A stretch of 38,753 nucleotides of DNA from Candidatus Amesbacteria bacterium GW2011_GWA1_47_20 (GTDB taxonomy: Bacteria; Patescibacteriota; Microgenomatia; CAZETR01; Amesbacteraceae), in assembly GCA_001002405.1 (NCBI GenBank), contig LCOA01000001.1:1-38753 (forward strand), given 5' to 3'. The number at the start of each line of letters is the position of its first letter. Positions within the stretch are counted from its first letter, which is position 1. Under the pieces are notes generated by a model. It ran no database searches, was not told the DNA's origin, and saw only the letters and a program-made list of their open reading frames with translations. Positions 1 to 7,118 of this stretch are shown here, one piece after another. The translations under genes were made by a program, and so were the position numbers.

Positions 1-1
1 C

Positions 2-121
2 CTACTCATAGGAGAATTGCTTTCCCGCTCTCCTCTGGCCCGTAAAATCGTCCTGGGCACTTTCGCTCTGGCCTTCATTATTTTTCTCTCCCTCTTCGCC
101 CGGGGATATTGGGTAGGTTGA
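2..121 (+). CDS. 3' end of a membrane protein (5'-partial), probably a PIG-V-like/GT-C mannosyltransferase-family protein
   Basis: Frame from base 2 reads LLIGELLSRSPLARKIVLGTFALAFIIFLSLFARGYWVG then TGA at 119-121. A hydrophobic helix ending in FxRGYWV resembles C-termini of bacterial PIG-V-like proteins (recalled). Not in the ORF track. Confidence 0.6.
   Translation, partial: LLIGELLSRSPLARKIVLGTFALAFIIFLSLFARGYWVG
89..121 (+). repeat. Direct repeat copy 1 (33 bp, gene 3' end)
   Basis: tccctcttcgcccggggatattgggtaggttga; 30/33 identical to 1616-1648. Confidence 0.9.
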
Positions 122-123
122 AC

Positions 124-149
124 TGAAAACAAATCGTTAATTGTTTTCA
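124..149. promoter_or_regulatory. Inverted repeat, candidate operator abutting the -35 box
   Basis: TGAAAACAA-N8-TTGTTTTCA with perfect 9-bp arms; another TGAAAAC half-site at 157-163 lies in the promoter spacer. Confidence 0.55.
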
Positions 150-178
150 TTGACAGTGAAAACTATTTATAGTATAGT
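150..178 (+). promoter_or_regulatory. Sigma70-type promoter of the ATPase gene
   Basis: TTGACA (150-155), 17-nt spacer, TATAGT (173-178); ATG follows 9 nt later with no Shine-Dalgarno. Confidence 0.8.
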
Positions 179-187
179 TACATTATT

Positions 188-1453
188 ATGACGAAAGACC
201 TTTTATCTTCAGTATTAAAAGAGCAGTTTGAAGCTTTTCAATCCCGGGACTTAGGCATTGAAAGGGAAGTTTTGGATCAACTCGGTGATATTGTCGCAAC
301 GCCTCAAATTACGGTTATCACTGGTTTACGGAGAGTAGGAAAGTCCACATTGCTCGCACAACTAGCCAGTAAATATCTCGACGGTGAGTATTATTTTGTC
401 AACTTTGAAGACGAGCGGCTTTTGCATTTTCAAGTCCAGGATTTTGATCTAATGTATGAAACATTGATTAGTCTATATGGAGAAAAAAAGACGTTTCTGT
501 TTGATGAAATCCAGAATGTGCCGGAATGGGAACGGTTTGTCCGCCGTCTTCATGACCAAGGGTATAAATTTGTTGTTACCGGTTCGAATGCTTCATTGTT
601 AAGTCAAGAACTGGGTACCCGGTTGACAGGCCGTTCTGTCAGAGTAGAGCTTTTCCCTTTCTCATTCCGGGAGTTTTTACAGTTCCACAAAGTAAAGATC
701 CCCAGCTTAAAGGTTCTAACTACAAAAGAAAGAGGCCGACTTCTTAAACTTTCAGGTGAGTATTTAGCTTCCGGCGGAATTCCGGATGCATTAAAGTATC
801 CCGAGCTCGCAATCCACAAGACGCTTTATGATGACGTGCTATATCGTGACATCGCGGCCCGTTACAAGCTCGATAACGTCAAAAGTTTAAAAGAGTTGAC
901 CTTTTATTTGGTAAGCAATATTTCTACCCTGGTTTCGTTTAATAAACTCAAAGAGCTTCTTAAGTTAGGAAGCGTCAATACTGTCAAAAGTTATATTGAC
1001 CACCTAGAAAACAGTTGGTTGTTTTTTGTGGTTAATAAATATGCGTATTCCGTTAAAGAACAACAGATCGCGGCCAAGAAGATTTACAGCATTGATACGG
1101 GATTATCCCAGTCAGTAGGATTCAGTTTTTCTGAAAATAAGGGGAAACTTATGGAAAACATAGTGTTCTTACAGCTAAAAAGAAAGAATCAAGACATTTA
1201 TTATTACAAAACGACTCAAGATTTTGAAGTAGATTTCTTTTTACCCAGGGAAAGTACGTTAATCCAAGTATCACAGTATTTTAATGCAAAAGATTCAAAA
1301 GAACGGGAATTAAGAGCCCTAGCCGCCGCTTCCGTCGAACAGAAAAAACCCACCAAATTAATCCTTGTGACCGAGGGAGAAAAACAAAATATTGAGCGGG
1401 AGGGCTTTCATATTGAAGTCGTTCCACTCTACGAGTGGTTATTAAAAGTTTAG
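188..1453 (+). CDS. AAA+ superfamily ATPase (AAA_14 plus DUF4143 type)
   Basis: Walker A GLRRVGKS, Walker B FLFDEIQ, TGS, LTGR, GGIP, KIYSIDTGL, ENIV, and a C-terminal EVDF...IQV nuclease-like motif. Confidence 0.9.
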   Translation: MTKDLLSSVLKEQFEAFQSRDLGIEREVLDQLGDIVATPQITVITGLRRVGKSTLLAQLASKYLDGEYYFVNFEDERLLHFQVQDFDLMYETLISLYGEKKTFLFDEIQNVPEWERFVRRLHDQGYKFVVTGSNASLLSQELGTRLTGRSVRVELFPFSFREFLQFHKVKIPSLKVLTTKERGRLLKLSGEYLASGGIPDALKYPELAIHKTLYDDVLYRDIAARYKLDNVKSLKELTFYLVSNISTLVSFNKLKELLKLGSVNTVKSYIDHLENSWLFFVVNKYAYSVKEQQIAAKKIYSIDTGLSQSVGFSFSENKGKLMENIVFLQLKRKNQDIYYYKTTQDFEVDFFLPRESTLIQVSQYFNAKDSKERELRALAAASVEQKKPTKLILVTEGEKQNIEREGFHIEVVPLYEWLLKV

Positions 1454-1487
1454 AATGTGATGAAACACAAAGAAAATATTAATTTAT

Positions 1488-1616
1488 CCCCCTTCGCAGA
1501 AAACCGCGGGCGTAAGCCCGAGGATGAATGCGAAGAAATTTCTGCTTCGGAGGGATTTCGCTCCCGACGAAGCAGCAGGGAGAAGATACCCCGGGCGTCA
1601 GCCCGGGGAGCTTCAT
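1488..1616 (+). mobile_element. Non-autonomous IS200/IS605-type palindromic mini-element (PATE/MITE-like), 129 bp
   Basis: GC-rich insert after TTTAT (1483-1487). Left hairpin CCGCGGGC-GTAA-GCCCGAGG (1504-1523) sits inside CTTCGCA/TGCGAAG. Central stem CTGCTTCG/CGAAGCAG (1542-1575). Right hairpin CCCCGGGC-GTCA-GCCCGGGG (1589-1608) is followed by AGCTTCAT. Removing it restores the frame INLSLFARGYWVS*. Exact ends are uncertain by a few bases. Confidence 0.7.
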
Positions 1617-1648
1617 CCCTCTTCGCCCGAGGATATTGGGTAAGTTAA
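1616..1648 (+). repeat. Direct repeat copy 2: orphan gene 3' end (SLFARGYWVS*)
   Basis: tccctcttcgcccgaggatattgggtaagttaa; three G-to-A differences from 89-121; ends 1 nt before the ATG at 1650. Confidence 0.9.
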
Positions 1649-1649
1649 A

Positions 1650-2441
1650 ATGAAGCCCAAATTATCAATCATAGTTCCAATTTATAAACAAGGGAAAACT
1701 ATCGAGAAAGACTTACGCCGTATCAAACAAGTGCTAAACAAACTTCGATATTCCTCCGAGTTAATAGCGGTAGTCGATGGATATGTAGACGACTCATTCA
1801 AGAACGCCTCCAGAGTACCCGGGGTCAAAGTGGTGGGATACCCAACCAATAAAGGCAAAGGCCACGCCGTACGGTTTGGCATGGCCAAAAGCAGGGGAAA
1901 CATAATCGCCTTTATCGATTCGGGAATGGATATTAATCCCAATGGACTCTCCATGATTTTGGAACATTTTGAGTGGTATAACGCAGACATCATCGTCGGT
2001 TCAAAACGTCACCCGGTCTCTAAAGTTAATTACCCCTGGCAGCGCCGGATCTTGTCCTGGGGATATCAAATGGGCGTTAGAACTTTGTTTGGCTTAAACG
2101 TTAGAGACACCCAAGTTGGTCTAAAGTGCTATCGTCGTGAAGTTCTAGAAAAAGTAATGCCCAGGCTTATAGTCAAAAACTTCGCATTTGACATTGAAAT
2201 ATTAGCAGTGGCTTACCACTTGGGATTCAAAAGGATTTTTGAAGCTCCTGTTGAGATAGAATTAGATTTTGGCAAGAACTCGATTGTTACCAGCTCAAAA
2301 CTTTTTATTTTTGCGTATAACATGGCCGTTGATACCCTAGCCATTTTTTATCGTCTACACATCTTGAGATATTATGACGACGACAGCAAACGTAAATGGA
2401 GATTTGACCCAGAGCTTAATTTCCGGGTCAACACCACCTAA
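1650..2441 (+). CDS. GT2 glycosyltransferase, polyprenol/dolichol-phosphate-sugar synthase (DPG/DPM)-like
   Basis: LSIIVPIY, NKGKGHAV, FIDSGMDI, IVGSKR, DTQVGLKCY, FAFDIEIL. Confidence 0.85.
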   Translation: MKPKLSIIVPIYKQGKTIEKDLRRIKQVLNKLRYSSELIAVVDGYVDDSFKNASRVPGVKVVGYPTNKGKGHAVRFGMAKSRGNIIAFIDSGMDINPNGLSMILEHFEWYNADIIVGSKRHPVSKVNYPWQRRILSWGYQMGVRTLFGLNVRDTQVGLKCYRREVLEKVMPRLIVKNFAFDIEILAVAYHLGFKRIFEAPVEIELDFGKNSIVTSSKLFIFAYNMAVDTLAIFYRLHILRYYDDDSKRKWRFDPELNFRVNTT

Positions 2442-2676
2442 TAGCTCTCGACATATTAAAGTTTCTCCTTCAAAGTGATCACCTCCGTCCTTGTAACTGT
2501 GGGCCAAAATTTCCCATGCCAAGCCTTTCCGTTCCGACCAGTTTTTCCTCAAAAACTCTCTACAGTGATATTACTGGCAAAATACTTCACAGAGATACCA
2601 AATACTTATCCAGCTCCGGTAGCGCGCGTGTCGCCACATATATGCCCCTAAACTTTTATACATTGCCTTTTTAAAC

Positions 2677-2721
2677 TATAATTACAATCATAAATCTAAA
2701 CAAAAACTTACTAGTTATAAT
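2677..2721 (+). promoter_or_regulatory. Two tandem TATAAT -10 boxes
   Basis: TATAAT at 2677-2682 and 2716-2721, each 7 nt before an in-frame codon (ATA at 2690, GTG at 2729). No clear -35. Confidence 0.45.
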
Positions 2722-2728
2722 ATTAACT

Positions 2729-4225
2729 GTGGGGAGTGTGTTATGGAACGGGAGCGTTTTTTTACCTTACGCCAAAAGCATAAATCAAGACATCAGACTT
2801 TTTGGAGCTCACCACAACGATGGAGTTAACAATATTGCTCTCATAAAAAGCCTGCAATATTCTCTCCCTCCCATGGATCCAAATTACTCTGGCAGGGTCA
2901 TTAAGAATTATCACTATTTTATTAATCTGATCTTAGCCGCAATACAAAAGGTTACTCAAATAGATCCCTTTATCTTGTATTTTGGTATTGCCCCGACAGT
3001 CATGATTATTATTCTGTCAATTCTTGTCTACTTTTTCGTTCTGACCCAAGCCGGAAAATTGCCCGCGGTTTTAGCCATCCTATTTGTTAATTTTTTAGGA
3101 AATTACTATTATCTGGGCCCACTTTTAGGATCGGTTAATCTCCATCCTTCCATCGCTTGGATGGATGAATACTCTACTCGCCTGGTAAATTACCAGCTCC
3201 TCTCTTCTTACATTCTGCTCATGGTTTTACTCCTGTTTTTAATCCGTCGTCGGCCGGCTGTTTTAGTCGGACTAATATCCGGACTGCTCATGGGATTCAA
3301 AGTTTACGCCTGGATTCTCTGGGAACTGGGGCTCTTAGCCTTTTCTTGGCGGAACAAATATTTTTTTCGCGCGTTTCTTTGGTCAGTGCTTTTTTCTCTT
3401 CCTGTCGGTTGGCTTTTATATCAACCTGGCGGGCAGGCCACCTTTATTTTTAAGCCGTTATGGATAATCAAATCTATGTATGAAAGCCCGGATAGATTTA
3501 ATCTTGTCGCTTGGGAGCTAGCTCGGCAAACATATTTATCCATTCGTAATTATTTGGGCATTTTTAAGCTCTACTTTCAGGGAGTGGTGGCCTTTTTAAT
3601 TATTAACTTCGGCCCCCGGCTCCTGGGGTTTTTTGCTCCCAAAAATTACCTTCTTAAAATCTTGACTTTTTTGGGAATTATTTTGCCTCTACTTCTAGCC
3701 CAAAGCGGTAGCAGCTGGAACGTCATCCAATTTAGCTATTATTCCGTTTTTTTCCTAAGTCTGCTTTTAGCCATCTCTCTCTCACGCTTTCCCCGACTCG
3801 TAGTTGTCCTATTTATTTTAATTTCCCTCCCCTCGGCGCTTTATATCAACTCCCAATATCTCAACCCACCTTACACAGTAAGTTATTCCCGTGGTTTCGT
3901 TCAAGCTCTCGATACTCTAGCCCGATTGCCTCAGGGAACAGTCTTGTCCCACCCATCATATTCCACCAATGCTGTTGTTTCGGCCTTGTCTAGCAAGCCG
4001 GTGTTCATTGCAGAAAGCATGATTTTAACATCATCCAGTATTGATACTAGACCCCGCCAACAATTCCGGGACAAATTTTTCTCAGGAATGACTTTACAAC
4101 CAAAAGATTTCTTGTCTGAAAATAATATTAGCTATATTATTTCTCCACAATATATTGACATCTCTAAATATATGCTTTTACCAATCTTCCAAAATTCCGA
4201 AGTTATAATATACTCAACACAATGA
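2729..4225 (+). CDS. Multi-pass membrane protein, putative GT-C-fold glycosyltransferase
   Basis: Many hydrophobic segments, an early external loop (HHNDG...NYHYF), GFKVYA, and a soluble C-terminal domain ending FLSENNISYI...FQNSEVIIY. Start codon uncertain. Confidence 0.6.
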   Translation: MGSVLWNGSVFLPYAKSINQDIRLFGAHHNDGVNNIALIKSLQYSLPPMDPNYSGRVIKNYHYFINLILAAIQKVTQIDPFILYFGIAPTVMIIILSILVYFFVLTQAGKLPAVLAILFVNFLGNYYYLGPLLGSVNLHPSIAWMDEYSTRLVNYQLLSSYILLMVLLLFLIRRRPAVLVGLISGLLMGFKVYAWILWELGLLAFSWRNKYFFRAFLWSVLFSLPVGWLLYQPGGQATFIFKPLWIIKSMYESPDRFNLVAWELARQTYLSIRNYLGIFKLYFQGVVAFLIINFGPRLLGFFAPKNYLLKILTFLGIILPLLLAQSGSSWNVIQFSYYSVFFLSLLLAISLSRFPRLVVVLFILISLPSALYINSQYLNPPYTVSYSRGFVQALDTLARLPQGTVLSHPSYSTNAVVSALSSKPVFIAESMILTSSSIDTRPRQQFRDKFFSGMTLQPKDFLSENNISYIISPQYIDISKYMLLPIFQNSEVIIYSTQ

Positions 4226-5322
4226 ATATTTTAATCCTTGATTGGCGCGACCCGAAAAATCCTCGCTCCGGGGGAGCAGAGGTCATAACATTCAAATACG
4301 CAAAACATTGGGCTAGAACTGGTCATTCAGTATGTTGGATATGCAATACTTTTCCAGGATGCTCTCGCAACGAAATGTTATCTGGAGTTAAATTTATTAG
4401 GGTGAGTCCAAACTTAGGATTCACTGTGTTTGAACTAATATTTACGTACCCGCTATTTCTATCCGCAGCGATTCTCAAAGCGTTTCGTCTAATCCATACA
4501 CAGAAGATAGATATGGTTATTGATGAAATTCACGGCCTGCCCTTTTTTACCCCATTTTATTCCAGAGCTAGAAATGTGCTTTTGGTTTGTGAAGTGGCGG
4601 GACCCATTTGGGACAAAATGTTTCCATTCCCAATTAGTTTAATTGGTAAATTCCTAGAAAAAGTTATTTATTACGTTTACCACAATACCGAAACTTGGGC
4701 CATATCACAAAATACCAAGAAAGATATATTTGATTTAAATAAAAACTCCAATATTAAAATTCTCCCCTTAGGAATTGATTTTAAAAAACGACCAAATGTT
4801 AAGAAATTTTCATTTCCCTCAGCTGTTTTCTTGGGTAGATTGGTAAAAATGAAAGGGGTTGAATCGGCGATTGCTGCTGCTGCTGATATAGCGAAGAAAT
4901 TACCTAAATTTCATCTGTATATTATTGGCTTGGCAGGAAATGAATATTTAGATTTTTTAAAAAATCTGGCATTTGACTTAAAAATAAGCAAAAATGTCAC
5001 CTTTTGCGGAAGACTGACCGAAGAGGCCAAATATAAACTGTTAGCCCAGTGCCATTTTTTACTGCACCCATCTTACAAAGAAGGCTTTGGGCTGACAGTC
5101 TTGGAAGCGGGCCTTATGGGGACGCCAACAATAGCGCGTACTGGTAGTAGTTTGGACAATTTGATTACCCACGCTCATAACGGATTAATATTTACAAATA
5201 ATCAAAATATAAGTAATCTTTTTATAAATTATTATTCTCGTCAACAGTATCAAAAACTTCAAAAAGGTGCCACGAAACTTGCAACTAGATATTTATGGAA
5301 CAAAATTTTAACAAAATTATGA
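4222..5322 (+). CDS. GT4 glycosyltransferase
   Basis: WRDPKNPRSGGAE, FLGRLVKMKG, PSYKEGFGLTVLEA (E-x7-E); ATGA overlap with the upstream stop. Confidence 0.9.
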   Translation: MNILILDWRDPKNPRSGGAEVITFKYAKHWARTGHSVCWICNTFPGCSRNEMLSGVKFIRVSPNLGFTVFELIFTYPLFLSAAILKAFRLIHTQKIDMVIDEIHGLPFFTPFYSRARNVLLVCEVAGPIWDKMFPFPISLIGKFLEKVIYYVYHNTETWAISQNTKKDIFDLNKNSNIKILPLGIDFKKRPNVKKFSFPSAVFLGRLVKMKGVESAIAAAADIAKKLPKFHLYIIGLAGNEYLDFLKNLAFDLKISKNVTFCGRLTEEAKYKLLAQCHFLLHPSYKEGFGLTVLEAGLMGTPTIARTGSSLDNLITHAHNGLIFTNNQNISNLFINYYSRQQYQKLQKGATKLATRYLWNKILTKL

Positions 5323-7118
5323 CTAAACCAATATATATTTTAGGAATCCATGACGGCCATTGTGCCACTGCATCTCTTTTAAAAAATGGCGAGATAATAA
5401 GTTCTGTTAGTGAGGAAAGATTTCTAGCGATCAAAAATTATATAGGTTTTCCCTATAAAGCAATTGACTATTTACTTAAATCCGAGGGTATAACAGGAAA
5501 AGATTTGGCCATGGTGGTACTTCCCTTGCGATGGGGGCTGCCGGTATTTAGTGAGAATGTGGTTTTAAACAACGACCCAATATTAAAATTAGCCAACGCT
5601 CTTTATATCCCCCTTGGATCCGTTCGCAGTCTGTGGGGCAGCTTAGAATATCAGTTTCCAATTTTAAACAATCTAGCAAGACCTTTGTACCGGATAGCAT
5701 TTAGATTAATATGCGGAAAGACAATTTCTGAAAAAAAGAAATTCATAGCTAAATATTTAAAAATTGATGTATCCAAAATTAATAATTACGAACATCATGC
5801 GTCGCATGCAGCAGCTGCTTATTACGCTAGTTCATTTAATCATGAGGACGCATTGGTCCTATCTATAGACGGCGAAGGAGATTTACTTTGTGCATCGGTT
5901 AGTACGGTGCGTAATGGAGAATGGGAAAGATTAGCAGAAACTACAGCGAATGCCTCGTTAGGTCTAGTATATCAAGAAGTTACGGGGTATTTGGGGATGA
6001 AGCGAGGAGAGCATGAATATAAAGTAATGGGTTTGGCTCCATATGCAAAAGACTATGGTGTAAGCCCGGTGTTTCGAAAAATAAAAGATTTAATTATTTT
6101 GGATCCCTACAATCCTCTGCGTTTCAAATCCAAGTTTGACGTTCATTATATTTCGAAGTTTTTGCATACCAAAATGAAAGAACAACGTTTTGATTATATT
6201 GCTGGGGCATTTCAAAAATTGACCGAAGACCGGATTTGCGAATGGGTGAAAGCGGCTATTAAACAGACAGGACTGACAACTGTTTGTATCGGAGGCGGAG
6301 TAGCGATGAATGTTAAAGCCAATTTGAAGATTAGTGAGATATCAGAACTTAGGAAATTTTTTCCTTGTCCAAGTGCAGGCGACGAATCGACTCAAATAGG
6401 GGCTTGTTATCTAGGCTATATGGATTATTGTCGCCAAAATAAAATTGTCCCAAATATCAAATCCCTGGGTTCACTCTATTTAGGTCCATCTTTCACTAAT
6501 ACTCAAATAAAAGAGTTTTTAATGAAGAACCATTATTTTTCCAAATACAAAATAAAATATGTTGGCGAAATAGAAAAAGAAATCGCACAACTTCTGGCTA
6601 GCAATAAAATAGTGGCAAATTTAGCAGGAAGAATGGAGTGGGGCGCCCGGGCTTTGGGTAACCGTAGTATATTAGCCAATCCATCCAACATAGATACAGT
6701 GAGAATAATAAATGATCAGATGAAAATGCGGGATTTCTGGATGCCATTTACTCCATCAATTCTCAAAGAACGTGGTAAGAAATATGTTATTAATTTTAAA
6801 AATATTCTTGCACCTTATATGATTATGACCTTTAATTCGACAATAACAGCTCAAAAACAAATCAATGCTGCGATACATCCTTCCGATTTTACTGTGCGGC
6901 CACAATTGGTAGATAAGGACTGGAATCCACGATATCATAAAATTATTTCTGAATTTGAAAAACTTTCGGGTATTGGAGCAGTTTTAAATACGTCGTTTAA
7001 CCTCCATGGTTTACCGATAGTCCTGGGTCCCCAAGAAGCAATACATGCTTTTGAGAATTCTGGACTTGAATATTTAGTGTTAGAAAACTATTTAATTTGC
7101 AAAAACTCTAGTCAATAA
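5319..7118 (+). CDS. O-carbamoyltransferase, NodU/CmcH/TobZ family
   Basis: ILGIHDGH, EERF, EHHASHA, DGEG, EYKVMGLAPY, GGVAMNVKAN, GRMEWGARALGNRSIL, LNTSFN. Start moved to the ATG at 5319 (ATGA overlap). Confidence 0.93.
   Translation: MTKPIYILGIHDGHCATASLLKNGEIISSVSEERFLAIKNYIGFPYKAIDYLLKSEGITGKDLAMVVLPLRWGLPVFSENVVLNNDPILKLANALYIPLGSVRSLWGSLEYQFPILNNLARPLYRIAFRLICGKTISEKKKFIAKYLKIDVSKINNYEHHASHAAAAYYASSFNHEDALVLSIDGEGDLLCASVSTVRNGEWERLAETTANASLGLVYQEVTGYLGMKRGEHEYKVMGLAPYAKDYGVSPVFRKIKDLIILDPYNPLRFKSKFDVHYISKFLHTKMKEQRFDYIAGAFQKLTEDRICEWVKAAIKQTGLTTVCIGGGVAMNVKANLKISEISELRKFFPCPSAGDESTQIGACYLGYMDYCRQNKIVPNIKSLGSLYLGPSFTNTQIKEFLMKNHYFSKYKIKYVGEIEKEIAQLLASNKIVANLAGRMEWGARALGNRSILANPSNIDTVRIINDQMKMRDFWMPFTPSILKERGKKYVINFKNILAPYMIMTFNSTITAQKQINAAIHPSDFTVRPQLVDKDWNPRYHKIISEFEKLSGIGAVLNTSFNLHGLPIVLGPQEAIHAFENSGLEYLVLENYLICKNSSQ

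Noticed and set aside
1589-1608. Hairpin as a rho-independent terminator
   Set aside because: No U-tract follows on either strand; it matches the left hairpin and fits an IS-end structure better.
1488-1616. CRISPR array or integron attC site
   Set aside because: Only two related hairpins with no repeat-spacer periodicity, no RYYYAAC/GTTRRRY ends, and no cas or intI gene.
1457-1648. 63-aa ORF as a real gene
   Set aside because: It is a chimera of a short AT-rich stretch, the in-frame 129-bp hairpin element and the orphan gene end.
2477-2486. GATCACCTCC as a 16S rRNA 3' fragment
   Set aside because: The flanks show no rRNA similarity; it is simply the complement of a Shine-Dalgarno-like string.
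2355-2552. 65-aa minus-strand ORF
   Set aside because: TTG start, overlap with the GT2 tail and no recognisable motif.
4873-4884. (GCT)4 microsatellite
   Set aside because: Short, in-frame and encodes a run of alanines in a helix.
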